From: Mayamaea pseudoterrestris
Lineage: Eukaryota
DNA length: 64,000 nt
Direction: 5' to 3'
Assembly: GCA_027923505.1 (NCBI GenBank)
Contig: BROI01000006.1
Span: forward strand, 248,001 to 312,000
Shown: positions 1-11,358 of the stretch, one piece after another
Layout of the letters: the number at the start of each line of letters is the position of its first letter
How positions within the stretch are numbered: the stretch's first letter is position 1
Made by a program: the position numbers and the translations under genes
The notes under the pieces: generated by a model
Database searches by the model: none
Seen by the model: the letters and a program-made list of their open reading frames with translations, nothing else
Told to the model about the DNA's origin: nothing

Positions 1-106
1 CGCGGCGCGCCATCACATAAATCCGATTCGTCCGACGACCAAGCTGCTGCATTAGCCTTGCCATTTGGAATCGATACCGTATCTCCTTCATTCCTAGAAT
101 CACATC

Positions 107-1372
107 ATGCTATCAAAAATAAAATGTCTAAATCGCGGTAATGCTCATTTGATTCTCCGTCGAAGTGTTCGTGCCTTTTCCGATGATGCCATAGAACACC
201 GAATCTTTCCGTCTCGCACCAAGTTGGACCTCGACGAAACCTTTATCGAACCCTTTCTTTTCTCCATTGGACAACTACCGGAGATACATGATGCTTTGGA
301 AGCGAGAAAACTTTGCAGGCCCGTCAACCTGGATGAATTGGAACGAGCGACAAAAGTGTTTAGCAGCATTCAGCCAGGGGGCGGCGAACACAAGGCCGCC
401 TTGGCGCTTTTGGCGGATAGTCAGGATCCACCCGCTGCAGTCAAAACGTTGAAGTATTTACAAAACTACCAGCAAAGTCGGCAGGAGCAGTTCTCTGTGC
501 AAATATCGCTCGCCAAGGCGCTTTGGCTTGGCGGAGATTTCGAAGGAGCAGAGTCAACGTGCTCGCACCTTTTGCAAAACGACACGCTGCTATCCAACTT
601 GTCGCCACTGCACACTGCATCTGCTCGCACTGGTCAAGCGATTAGTCGCATTTGTGCGGCAGAGTCACTGGACCATGTCTTTTCCGTGCGGGATCCGTTT
701 CGCATGGTGGTCAAGTCCTTGGAGGGAGGTTCCTCACAGCCTGCGCTAGCCCTTGCCCGGCTCAACTATGGAACCGCTGAAGCCATTTATGCGCACATTG
801 TTGCAAGAGAAAATAAAGTGCACGTTCCTCTCGATGGCGCAATGCGCGCCTGGAAACAGGGACTAGCTACACTACGGAAGGGTAAAGATGCGAGCCTGCT
901 GACGTACGCCATTGAGGCGCAGTTGCTGATCCAGTTGGCTTGGGGACTTTTACAAATGGGAGATGAGATTGACATTATTAAGCGGGCATCGGAGTTTGCC
1001 GCTGAGGCTCTCGATATTTACGACAATCACGGCGGTGGTGACGGAGAGGGGATGTGGCGACAATTGTTTGTGATAATAGGCACCTGCCTCCACAAAACAG
1101 GATCAGCTGTAATGGCTGAAGGAATCTTTCAAAAAGCCACTCATCGCGAGGAGAGAAGTCGGAGCACGTTGGACCGACTTCAGCTTCGAAGTGCCTTTCA
1201 AGCTCACGCAGAGCTTTGTCAAGAATGGGAGAAGCGCGAGCGCGATGCCGAGCGACTACAAGCCCAAGCTTTAGAAGTTGAATCAGCGTTGCCAATGACA
1301 TGGAAACACAAACCAGCTTTATACAGTACTCTTTGGTTTTGGACGCCATCGCAGGTCGTGATTTCTAAGTAG
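107..1372 (+). CDS. Hypothetical helical-repeat (TPR-like) protein, possibly mitochondrial
   Basis: 421-aa ORF with an Arg-rich N-terminus (RRSVRAFS) and Ala/Leu-rich helical segments; no specific family recognised. Confidence 0.6.
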   Translation: MLSKIKCLNRGNAHLILRRSVRAFSDDAIEHRIFPSRTKLDLDETFIEPFLFSIGQLPEIHDALEARKLCRPVNLDELERATKVFSSIQPGGGEHKAALALLADSQDPPAAVKTLKYLQNYQQSRQEQFSVQISLAKALWLGGDFEGAESTCSHLLQNDTLLSNLSPLHTASARTGQAISRICAAESLDHVFSVRDPFRMVVKSLEGGSSQPALALARLNYGTAEAIYAHIVARENKVHVPLDGAMRAWKQGLATLRKGKDASLLTYAIEAQLLIQLAWGLLQMGDEIDIIKRASEFAAEALDIYDNHGGGDGEGMWRQLFVIIGTCLHKTGSAVMAEGIFQKATHREERSRSTLDRLQLRSAFQAHAELCQEWEKRERDAERLQAQALEVESALPMTWKHKPALYSTLWFWTPSQVVISK

Positions 1373-1894
1373 CAATTTATCTGTCACGCGACGAGTGCAA
1401 CTACTGCGCGCCACACAACTAGCAGTTGCTTTTCCGCAACAAAAACTGTGTTTTTGTAAAGGGTCTTATTACCGCTTTTGTCTTGGCAACCATCGTTGCC
1501 TTTCTTCTGGCTTGGTTGGCACATCAAAATCTATCTCAAATTTGGAGTACCGGTGCGTCTTTCTGTGACCTGACCGTTGATGGCGTCACGCCAAAAGCAT
1601 GGATACTTAACGCAACCGAGCGAGCATGACCATGTGCGACATCGCCTGCCGTGCAACTCTTTTCAGCGACACAACCGAGGACAGCATCGACACCTAATAC
1701 AGTAGTTGCCATCCTCCATACGTATTCTCCTCATCAAATCTCCTTTCTAGCGCTTTACGATTGACGGAAAAGGAGTTTTATAAGGGGAGAAAGTTTTAAT
1801 TGCGAGCTTTATCGCCAAGAAGAGGGCCGAATTCGACTTGACAGCTGCCTCCATCTCAAACTCATAGTTTAGCTAATCGCTTGCAAAACAAAAC

Positions 1895-3871
1895 ATGTCT
1901 AAGAAAGAACCATTGACGCAACAACATGGCGGAAAGCCGCTATTTGAGGGTATGGATGCAATCCAGCGCTATCAGGACGAGCACGCCAACGACGAGGCGC
2001 AAATGACGGAGGCAGAAAAGCATATGCATGACGAAGAATTGTCCTTTTACTCCAACTCTGAAAACGAATTTGGAGATGACAATATTTGGGGATTGCTAAG
2101 TGGAGTTTGTGGCAATATTTACGAGTGGTAGGTCAAGTAAATTTGCTGTCTGCGCATACGCAAGCTGGATGAGGTGCGGCATGTCGAGAGTGATGTTCTT
2201 GCTTTATGCTTGATAGTAATTTCCATAGCCGCATGGCAATGTGGATCCAATTTGAAGACTGACTCGCGTGCTGCTTCAATTTAAATCGTTGCCTGGTGCT
2301 AGTCGATTGTGCCCCTCTTCTGACTCTCTTCACTTGCAATATTACAGGTACGATTTTGCCGTTTACGGATTGCTTGCTCCAGAGATTGGTGGTAGCTTTT
2401 TTCCGCAGTCTTCCAAGGAATTGCAGCTCATCAACTCGTTCGGAGTCTATCTGGCAGCCTTTCTCATGAGGCCTCTTGGTGCCATTTTGTTTGGAGAAAT
2501 GGGCGATCGACTCGTCGGTCGCAAGCACGCGCTCGTCTTTTCGATTTTGCTCATTACGGTTCCCTCCATTCTCATGGGATTGCTACCCACGTATAACGCT
2601 TGGGGAGCTGCAGCGCCAGTCTGCTTGGTCATTTTGCGCATGATGCAAGGCCTGTCTGTGGGAGGCCAATTGGCCGGCAGCTATGTCATCAGCATTGAAC
2701 AAAGTTCGTCGCGGAGTCGCGGCTTTCGAGGAAGCGTTTGCGACGCCAGCTCTGTAAGTATACCATACAGGTTTTTCTGTCGATGTGACTTGTATTGCCT
2801 CCACTGACCGTTAATAATACTTGTTCAATTGCGTAGGTTGGTGGTTTCTTGCTCGCATCAGCTGTAACGACCGTAACTCGTTCGATTTTGAACGAGGAGC
2901 AAGTCAATGCATGGGGATGGAGGCTTCCGTTTCTCTTTTCGATTCTCTTGGCGCCAGTATTGTATTCCATTGTGAGAAATACAGAAGAATCAAAATTGTG
3001 GTCTGAGCGCTCGGAGCAGAAGGAGACGGAACAAATGATTCGAGAGACGGAGAAGGATGCGTCGGATCGACCTGCTATTGTCGACTTGATGAGTTCTCCC
3101 TTTCGAAGAAGGCAGCTTATGGGCATGATTGGTGTCTTGAGTGCCTGCTCCAGTTCGTTCTACATCCTATTCCTATGGTCGCCGGTGTACCTGTCGGAGC
3201 TCCGAGGAGTTATGAAGGACAAAGAGGCCGATCTCATGAATTTTGTAGTTGTCGGGTGCTACATTTTCTTCTTGCTATCGGCTGGAAAGTTATCGGACAT
3301 GTTTCCTCACCGAATTGACTTGATGCGCATTGGCTTACCGGGCTTGATTATTGCAGCCCCAGTGATGTTTGGCATGTACGAAAGCGAAAGCTATCTCGGA
3401 TATCTCATGGCGCAAATCATGTTTGCGTTTTGCCTGGCTTTGGTGGAGGGCGGTAAAGCAGCTTGGGAGGTTGAACTCTGGATGGCTGATCCGACGCTAT
3501 CTTTCACTGGAGTCGCAATTGGCCATAACGTTGCCTCTACACTCTTTGGAGGTACCATGCCTCTTGTGGCAACGTTCTTGTACTACAGAGAAAGTAATTT
3601 AATCGAGTCGGATAACGATCTCTGGCCGCGTCTACTGCCTGGTTTGTACGTGTCCATTCTTGGCTGCCTCTCGCTATTTTGCATGACTTGGGTTACAAGG
3701 CATCCTCATGACGTTCGTACCGGCGACATTAAGCTACGCGCGGCCGTCGAGCGGGAGAATCAAAAGTTCAAGGCTGCCCAAAAGAAGAAACAAAAACGTC
3801 GCAAGCAGCTCGAACAGCAACTAAGTACGGGAAACATTCCAGATGCGCAGTACGTGCCACCTCACGTGTGA
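1895..3871 (+). CDS. MFS transporter, MHS/ProP (proline/betaine)-like; 3 exons (1895-2127, 2348-2753, 2837-3871)
   Basis: Spliced GNIYEW-YDFAVYG, FLMRPLGAILFG.MGDR..GRK, RMMQGLSVGG and WGWRLPFL motifs; GT-AG introns 2128-2347 and 2754-2836 keep the frame. Confidence 0.9.
2176..2274 (+). ncRNA. Candidate intronic box C/D snoRNA
   Basis: C-box-like GTGATGT at 2190-2196 and D box CTGA at 2259-2262, closed by a ~12-bp terminal stem (GCGGCATG-t-CGAG / CTCGCGTGCTGC), inside a 220-nt intron. Confidence 0.5.
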
Positions 3872-4029
3872 GCATAGCGAATCGTTCGCCGGACAAGTGA
3901 CCAAACTTATAACTTTGAGCACATACTTGAAATTCAGCCGAGGCTGCTAGCGCCTCGCATTATATAAGTACTTCTCATAGCAATGACTTTAATAATGATT
4001 ATTTCAATGCGAAAAAGAATTTATTTGTT

Positions 4030-5079
4030 CTACGATATAGATAGCGCTTCAAATCGCTTCACCGTCACGCCCTGACGTTTCAATACGTCGGCTACTCTAG
4101 GGTTCTTCTCCTCAATCATGTGTGCTTGTTCCGTCAAACAAATACCTTCATAGAACTTGCGCAATCGGCCCTCTATGATTTTGTCTAGTACGTCCCGCGG
4201 CTTGCCTGTATGTTCGAGTTGACTCGCCAGTAGATCCCTTTCCTTGTTGACTAGCTCAACTGGAACGTCACAAGGGGCCATGTACTGAGGCCGGGCGGCG
4301 ACAACATGCATGGCAAGCTTCTTTCCGATCGCCTGCAGCTCGTCCATAGATAATTTACTATCTCCGTCAGTAGCTTGAATCTCCACTAGAGCGGCTGACG
4401 TGCCTGCATTGGATGCGTCAATCTTGTTGTGCACATAGCCAACAAACAGACCGGCATCTGTCGTAGTGAGCTTGACGGCTTGCGAAACACTCAAGTTTTC
4501 TCGAATAGCAACAATAGCCTCGTTGAGCAACTCTTGAACACACTTGTCATCACTAGTCCGTGCTGCAAGTACATTTTCCTGCGACAAGACTCCTGAAGCG
4601 TGGCTGGCCAACGTTGCCTCCGAAACACCGACGACCAAATCAACAAAGGTTTTGCTTCTACCAGCAAAATCCGTTTCAGCAGCCACTTGCACCAGCGCAG
4701 CCTCTTTGCCATCTTGACTAATTCGCAAACCAATTAGTCCATGCAGTGTTTCGCGTCCAATGAGCTTGCTTGCTGCCTTGGAGGCGCCTTGCTGGCGCAG
4801 CCAATCGAGGGCAGCTTCCAAATTGTTATCGGATGCTTCCAAGGCCTTTTTGCACTCGACCATGGGAGCTCCCGTTTGAGATCGAAGTGTCTTGAGTGTT
4901 TCTAGAGAATATTTGGGAGTTGACGAAAAGTGACGTGTAGCGTTGTGTCTAAGTTGTCGTGGTGGTTCCACTGGGAGTGCCAACGAAATGGTCGTGGCGA
5001 TGGCGATACTTGGTCGATGAATACGTGCATGGGGCAAACCGCGAGCTAAACATCGCGACATGATTCTAGAGAATGCCAT
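4030..5079 (-). CDS. TSFM: Elongation factor Ts, mitochondrial
   Basis: LKTLRSQTGAPMVECKKAL UBA-like domain, ETDF motif, LAMHVVA..P and KIIEGRLRKFY; Arg-rich presequence. Confidence 0.93.
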   Translation of the reverse strand: MAFSRIMSRCLARGLPHARIHRPSIAIATTISLALPVEPPRQLRHNATRHFSSTPKYSLETLKTLRSQTGAPMVECKKALEASDNNLEAALDWLRQQGASKAASKLIGRETLHGLIGLRISQDGKEAALVQVAAETDFAGRSKTFVDLVVGVSEATLASHASGVLSQENVLAARTSDDKCVQELLNEAIVAIRENLSVSQAVKLTTTDAGLFVGYVHNKIDASNAGTSAALVEIQATDGDSKLSMDELQAIGKKLAMHVVAARPQYMAPCDVPVELVNKERDLLASQLEHTGKPRDVLDKIIEGRLRKFYEGICLTEQAHMIEEKNPRVADVLKRQGVTVKRFEALSIS

Positions 5080-5796
5080 AGTAGAGACACTTTAAATTCG
5101 TGGTCGTCGTTTGTATGGGTGATCAGCGGTCGTCGGCCATGTGACTTGCAAGATTGCAAGAGGAAAGCGTCGAGGCGTTGTTCTTGGTGTTGGAAGGATG
5201 TCACAGCATCAATCGTTGAAACCGGTGCGACTTCCCGCATGGATTCATCGACGAATTTCACTCCATTTTCCAAATCGCGCTCTTCTTTATCCGCCAGGAA
5301 AGGTGAAATAAGGAACTTTACATTGGACCTTGGTGGATTTGCCTTTTGCAGCTGCAAGAGCAACATGGCGCAGTTGTGACTGCGCTTTGACGGTCCCCAT
5401 CACTCAATAAGCGTCGCGGCCAACATTACGCTTTCTTGACGCGGGACATAGACAGTCTCTGGCTTGCAAATGCTTTTGTAAATGCCCCCTGATTGCGATC
5501 ATTTGTTCGATTGCGGTGAGAATTATACACTTTAAACTTTGAACGACTGGAGAGTAATTGTTGCTGCCTCTTCTTGCGTCCTCCCTAAAGGCAGCTTGAA
5601 GCCGATGGTATACAAAAAGATTTTGATGGTAACATGTCTGCATGCTAATGGATTCAGACAACAGCGGCAGTATACCTGTTGCCATGAGCACGGATGATGA
5701 TGGCTGCGGCAAACATTATACCTTTGGCGTATGGACATCGAAAAGTTCGCTGCGGCAATTCAAGTATAGACACGCTTCTGCGTTTTATTAAGTCTA

Positions 5797-8700
5797 TTAA
5801 AATAAACTATTGCGTGTATCCTCTAGCTTCTTCATCACCTCGGGTACGGTACGATCAAGCTTTTCAGCAATTTTAGTCTGCTCGTCATAGCTCAGCGCAG
5901 CGAACGCGCCACAAAGGTCACCGTCAATGACATGCATTATTGGAGTGTAGAAAGAGCGATAGGATTGGGGATCACGACCGGTTGGTCGCTTGGCATCTTG
6001 GCGGAGTAGATTTTCAAGTTGGGTATAAAAGTCCACATCATCGCGTGATGCGAAGGGAACCAACGCTCCGATTCGTCCAGACACTGTCACGTAAATAAGC
6101 GACTCGCCGCCTCCAGCAACAAGGGATGACCGTGTCATGCTCGTCACAACTTCTCCGACGTAGTAATGGCAAAGCAGCTCCAGCTTGGGCGTTGCATCCT
6201 CACGCGCGGAATCCCAAAGAACACGCTGCCCCGAGACATCGACAACGCTAGTATCGGCGCCTCTCGGAAGGCGCAGGACGGAAATGTTGCCGAACTTGTC
6301 ACCTACCGCGACAGTGTTCCAATCCAACAGCTCCTGGCAGACAATGGGGCGCGGACTAGCATCACGCGCAATGACAGCAAGTCGGTTCAATGAATTGTCG
6401 TATCGCACAATCTGAATCGACTGCATCATGTCGCCGATAAAGGCACGATCACCCACCGTTTGGATAGTTTTAGCAAAGGTTGGCAATCCACGAAGTTCGC
6501 ATTTTCGTAGCAACTGACGCTTGCCCATTTCATATAAACGCAATGACTTGCCGACGCCGACCAGTAACCTCCCCTGAAAATGGGATAATGACAAAACAGG
6601 GCCATCCTCAACAGCCGTCCGATGCAGCAATTGGAACCGATCGCCATTAACAATGCGGTAGAGCACGACATGACTTTCTGTTTGCTTCAGCGGATGCATT
6701 GTCATGCCCGTGACAGTACCTACTGCCAGCAATGGTTCACCACCTTTAGAATGGAAACGAACCGTAGCACAACAAAGTGCTGCCTCATTGCGGCCCATTT
6801 CGATGCAGTCCAAAGTGGCACAGGAATTTGCAGGATCAACTAGTCGAATGCACGATCCCCAATGTCCGTCCTCCGCTGGAAGCGGGCCGCGAATGGGAGT
6901 TTTCCTACTCTCGCGATCATCTTCGGCAATTTCATCCTCTAGATTTGCTTCGAGGCCATCACCCTTACCTTCATCGTCGCTATCTACATCCATTGCATCG
7001 TCACCGCCTGTTTTCTTTGACTTTTTCCCGCTGCCAGTAAGGTCGAAACCCATCGATTGCTTCTCTTCGAGCCCATAGTCATTAGTGTCACTCTCAATGA
7101 CAGTAAGAACAATTTTCCGCAAATCGTTAGCCCCAATGGGAACAGACATTAAACACATCTGGCGAGGCGTATAACGAAGACCCATTTTCTTTGTGTTAAA
7201 GGCTTCCGCATCACCTCCATTCAAATCAGCAGTATCGATCGCAAGAATCCTCAGCGTTTTACCGGCAGTGGCGACAATACCTTCTCGCACTGCACCAGAG
7301 TTAAATGAACAACCATGATCGAGCGGAACGTATGACAGTGGTGCCATCACGTGCTTGTTGGAACCGGCAGCACGTCGACTGATCCAAGGGCGAGAGGACA
7401 GCAACAAGGCAGCTGACTGTCCTTCAAGAGATATTCTAGAAACAGAAACAGGTCTTGCGCCCAAGAAGCGTCGAGTGGGGCTTGGCCCTATGCTTCCAGT
7501 GACCGGATCGACAGCTGCCCGCAAGGAACTGCCTTCGTCAAGTCCAACAATAAGAGTCAAGTCACCGCCTGATTCATTCGCAGTCCCATCCATGCCCACA
7601 GACATATCCTGCAGCGCCACAGAATGTGGGCGTGATTTGAGCGATGTACTGCTCTTTTGGTTTAACCAATTACCAGGTTCCAGGCTTACGATCCGTACCG
7701 TCTGATCGCGACATCCAATAGCGGCGAACAAACTCCGGCTTCGGCCCTTTGGAATGACACCAATATCAACGCAGCACACATCGGCGCCCATGTCCCGCGT
7801 TGCGCGCTCAATAAGATTGCCGCCGACGGGATCGAGTTCAAAGTAGATGACCTCGCCACCGCCGAGAGCAATGATAACTTGGCTCTCATTGACGCTAGCG
7901 TACTCGATACGTTTCAAACCTGGGCAAGACCATTGCTTTGCTTGTTTGTTTTGGATCTGACGTACTCCATTACGATGAACTTGGCATATCGCACCATCTA
8001 TTCCCAATGCTGATGCAGCCAACGTCGGCAAATCGAATTCGAATCCAGACTCCTTTCCCACCTCCTCGACCGAATCCCCAACACTGAGAACCAAAGTAGC
8101 ATCAGCAAAACTGACGACAATGTACTTATCATTTCGCGTTCCGCCCGACGTTATTGCCTCGGCCGAATTGTCTGCAATCGTAAAGACCCCACCCGGAACG
8201 CCAGGAAGATCACTAACAGCCAGCTCCGTCACGGACGCTCCATGCCGGGAAACTCGAAGGTTGCTCGACGGGCCACGGCCAGTAAGCGTGTAAATTTGGG
8301 GGCTAACCTCGTTCCCAGCGAGCTCTCCCACCATGACGCCCGTCGTAGGTGAGGGGTTATCTAACACGAAAACTGTCCTCAAATTTTCGAGCAACGTAGG
8401 GTCAAAGGTTGGAGCAGTGGTACTCGCATGAGCCGTCGTTATATCCTCAACCTTTAGAATTCGTTCGCTCATTGTCGTGGGGGCGTCTGGCAGGTCAATT
8501 CTTTGAAACTGGTATAAAAAGTGATCACCAAACTCTGAAGCACAGAACAACATGCCTAGCTTGCTCACATTTAGACTATTTGCGGTTGGAAGCGTATCTA
8601 ATAAGGCCATCTGCATCCCGATAACCTTCTTCTCGTCGTCAACCTGTATGGTGATTTTGTAGACATCGCCGTATTCGCTCTGCGCCAAAGCAAACGTTTT

Positions 8701-9660
8701 GGACATTTTCTTTTGACGATACAGAGTCAAGGTTGTGATGAGAATTCCCTTGCCTTCTGGGTGAAGGTTTCGTCGAGGAATGGCACATGCAACCGTCTCG
8801 GTACTGCCTTCGTGCATGTACAAGACGAAATCCTCACATCCAACAAGTACGCCGCTTGGACCTTCGGCCCCGCCAGGAATAGCGGCCAAGCAGCAAGCCG
8901 ACTCCGGAACCTTAGCTGCCCATCGTCGACTAACATGGTTCAAACCAAGATCCAGCTCGTAGTAGGCCAGCTGCTTTTCCGTAGACATGTCTTCTTGGTG
9001 ATCCTGCGGATACTGAAGTTCGATGCAAGCGAAAATGGGATTATCATATCCATTGTCAACACCAACCGTTGCAAACGTGAGCGTTCTCGACCTATGGGCC
9101 TCCAAAGGACTCGCAATCGTCGGCGTTCCTTCAGCGTCTCGGTTAAGCACGTAAACGAGCTTGCGTTTCTCAATAGCAGCCACCATTACGGCGCGGCCCT
9201 TGGGGTCGCTCGCAACATACTGTCCAGGCACTTCGCGCCGACAACCAGGCTTTCCAAACACGACGCAGTGCAAAATCTTACAGACGCCATTTTCAAAATC
9301 CAAGACGGATAAGGATCCACTATCCGACGTGACTGCAACGGCATCTCGCTTCTCTCCAGGAAAGCGTACGAGACTGCACGAGCGCAAAATGCTTTGCGTT
9401 TCCACTCGCGAAACAAGCTTGAGCACTGTCCGCGCTTCCTCTTCCTCTTCGTCATCGCCCTTGGTTGTGACAATGCGATGAACTTCAATTGTTCCTCCCG
9501 CCTTGAGCATGCAAATCTCCTGTCGACCCGCTCCAGTGAACTCACCCGCCAAGGATTGAATAATGGCAGTGGCTGGCTGGAGGCGAACGTCCAAGAGTTT
9601 CATGGCTACGGCCTGGACGGGGATCGCTTCGTCATTGTCGTGAGCCGAAGCGCCTGCCAT
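5797..9660 (-). CDS. SF3B3: Splicing factor 3B subunit 3 (SAP130/Rse1)
   Basis: 1287 aa; FGKPGCRR.VPGQY.A.DPKGRA.M..A.EK, YYELDLGLNHV, YEMGKRQLLRKCE, VIDGDLC and KKLED.RN motifs. Confidence 0.97.
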   Translation of the reverse strand: MAGASAHDNDEAIPVQAVAMKLLDVRLQPATAIIQSLAGEFTGAGRQEICMLKAGGTIEVHRIVTTKGDDEEEEEARTVLKLVSRVETQSILRSCSLVRFPGEKRDAVAVTSDSGSLSVLDFENGVCKILHCVVFGKPGCRREVPGQYVASDPKGRAVMVAAIEKRKLVYVLNRDAEGTPTIASPLEAHRSRTLTFATVGVDNGYDNPIFACIELQYPQDHQEDMSTEKQLAYYELDLGLNHVSRRWAAKVPESACCLAAIPGGAEGPSGVLVGCEDFVLYMHEGSTETVACAIPRRNLHPEGKGILITTLTLYRQKKMSKTFALAQSEYGDVYKITIQVDDEKKVIGMQMALLDTLPTANSLNVSKLGMLFCASEFGDHFLYQFQRIDLPDAPTTMSERILKVEDITTAHASTTAPTFDPTLLENLRTVFVLDNPSPTTGVMVGELAGNEVSPQIYTLTGRGPSSNLRVSRHGASVTELAVSDLPGVPGGVFTIADNSAEAITSGGTRNDKYIVVSFADATLVLSVGDSVEEVGKESGFEFDLPTLAASALGIDGAICQVHRNGVRQIQNKQAKQWSCPGLKRIEYASVNESQVIIALGGGEVIYFELDPVGGNLIERATRDMGADVCCVDIGVIPKGRSRSLFAAIGCRDQTVRIVSLEPGNWLNQKSSTSLKSRPHSVALQDMSVGMDGTANESGGDLTLIVGLDEGSSLRAAVDPVTGSIGPSPTRRFLGARPVSVSRISLEGQSAALLLSSRPWISRRAAGSNKHVMAPLSYVPLDHGCSFNSGAVREGIVATAGKTLRILAIDTADLNGGDAEAFNTKKMGLRYTPRQMCLMSVPIGANDLRKIVLTVIESDTNDYGLEEKQSMGFDLTGSGKKSKKTGGDDAMDVDSDDEGKGDGLEANLEDEIAEDDRESRKTPIRGPLPAEDGHWGSCIRLVDPANSCATLDCIEMGRNEAALCCATVRFHSKGGEPLLAVGTVTGMTMHPLKQTESHVVLYRIVNGDRFQLLHRTAVEDGPVLSLSHFQGRLLVGVGKSLRLYEMGKRQLLRKCELRGLPTFAKTIQTVGDRAFIGDMMQSIQIVRYDNSLNRLAVIARDASPRPIVCQELLDWNTVAVGDKFGNISVLRLPRGADTSVVDVSGQRVLWDSAREDATPKLELLCHYYVGEVVTSMTRSSLVAGGGESLIYVTVSGRIGALVPFASRDDVDFYTQLENLLRQDAKRPTGRDPQSYRSFYTPIMHVIDGDLCGAFAALSYDEQTKIAEKLDRTVPEVMKKLEDTRNSLF

Positions 9661-10155
9661 TTTGTATAGAAAAGCTGTGTTTTAGTTTAGAGATGGAGAA
9701 GAAGAAGCTGCAAGATGCGAAAGATCGTCATGGCGGCGTTTCTTGGTTGGCGGCGAATGTCGCTATGACACCAACTGTGTCGGAGCGGGTATGGAAGGTA
9801 CGACTCAAAGGTCATTGGAATGACGTATAGTATGGCAAAAGTAGTGTGGCTTCATCCAACGAAATGACCCCCCAGGTTCGGGCATTTTCGGTTCTCTTTC
9901 GAGCAGAAGGGTGATGTTCTGCACTTTCGCCAACAAGATCCGGCGCCGATGATGCTCAAACTTTGCATTCAAAGAGGCAAAGAGTAGAACCAAGCCACTT
10001 TAGTCAAGTGGCAAGGCTTCCAACAGTTGTTCAGTCAATATACAATGAAGGTTTCCCCTTCAAAAAAACGACATCGTCTTAACACTCAGCGGTAGACATC
10101 CAACTGGTGGGTTGCACCAGAAATTTAACAATGAAGCCAAGTGTCTCCTTTGTGA

Positions 10156-10788
10156 CAACACATCGTCGGGTGTTCAACTGAACATTTAGCAAACTACCTT
10201 ACATCGTCTGTCATTGAAACACGGCGCGACGGGTCAAACATTCGAACGAAATTCTTACTACGACTCGGATTCGACTCTCCAAACTCCCCCAAATCTGTAC
10301 TAAGTGCGTGTACTCATCATGAACGAAGGCCATGCCCTCATTCCTATCAAGTGCCTCTCACGTTCGACATCGGTAGACCAGCCGCTGCCATGTCACACGG
10401 AGTACGCCAAACATTGCAGAAGCTTTCACAGAAACGAAAAAATCAAGTTTCCTTTTGCACTTTAGTCACTGTCATTCCCATTTCATCTCGCAACGACTAC
10501 TCCGACCGCATCAAACGCTCACTTTGGACTGGCGCCGACGAACTCGAGGAGCAAGTCGCACGCAATTGCTTCGAGTTTGCCTATGAAGACTGGCAATGGA
10601 GGCTTGCCGTTGAAGACGCAGACATGGTTTACTACCAAGGACAAAAGGTGCATCCCTGCCACTTCATGCCGCAGCAGGATTGTGAGCAGTATTCGGCCCG
10701 CGAACATTTTCTGCACTGCTTGGCAATGCAACAACAGGAGGCTCAGGCTGAGCACAGAGTCAGCCCTTTGATGGGATACTCTTACTGA
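10156..10788 (+). CDS. Hypothetical protein (5' end uncertain, probably an upstream exon)
   Basis: The frame is open from 10156 to the TGA at 10788 with no nearby in-frame ATG; contains a VSF..LVTVIPI.SR.DYS.RIK..LW...RN..EF..E.W.W segment. Confidence 0.55.
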   Translation, partial: QHIVGCSTEHLANYLTSSVIETRRDGSNIRTKFLLRLGFDSPNSPKSVLSACTHHERRPCPHSYQVPLTFDIGRPAAAMSHGVRQTLQKLSQKRKNQVSFCTLVTVIPISSRNDYSDRIKRSLWTGADELEEQVARNCFEFAYEDWQWRLAVEDADMVYYQGQKVHPCHFMPQQDCEQYSAREHFLHCLAMQQQEAQAEHRVSPLMGYSY

Positions 10789-10899
10789 AGTAAACAACGT
10801 ACATATATTCCTACATTCTACATACATAAGTCATTTTGCATTGATGCATTTTTCATGTTATAGTGCGTGCAATCCTTTCCTTCGCAATCATAATGTTTG

Positions 10900-11178
10900 C
10901 TAGCTTGCCCTTGTTTGGACAATGTACACATGAGTTTCATCTCGGGCGACAATGTATTTTACAGAAGAAAGCGTGACGGTCAATCGTCGAATAGGTTTGT
11001 CGAGGGCAGCCGTCTCGGCCAGCATTTGATACAGCAAGCGAGCATCCTGCTCCGACGACAAATTGCCCCGCACCAATTCGCCCTTGAGGTTCAAGACTGC
11101 ACTGGCAAGCTGGCCTTGTATTGGCGACGAGTCGAGGTCTAATGATGGACCCACTTCGGCTTGAGAAGAGTCCATCAT
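10900..11178 (-). CDS. Roadblock-fold protein, Ragulator LAMTOR4-like
   Basis: 92 aa from MMDSSQ; IQGQLASAVL...GNL and KPIRRLTVTLSSVKYIVARDETHVYIVQ align by eye with LAMTOR4 (IPDQLGYLVL...GDL; VPFKRLSVVF...VFVVK). Confidence 0.65.
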   Translation of the reverse strand: MMDSSQAEVGPSLDLDSSPIQGQLASAVLNLKGELVRGNLSSEQDARLLYQMLAETAALDKPIRRLTVTLSSVKYIVARDETHVYIVQTRAS

Positions 11179-11358
11179 AACGCAAGGTGCAAGTCGTTCG
11201 GCAGAGGGAGGAGGAGTGGAGGTTTTGTCACGAACTTCTGCGCAGCGCTCGAGCGGCAGACATAAACGTCGCACAGGTACATCATCAGTCCCTTTGACTC
11301 GTGACTCGTAAGATTTTCGCCTCGTCGACTTCCATTCATTCGTCGACTGCACTGCACC

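Noticed and set aside
5080..5796. Short ORFs between EF-Ts and SF3B3
   Set aside because: No recognisable motifs or consistent splice model; a small gene cannot be excluded without RNA-seq.
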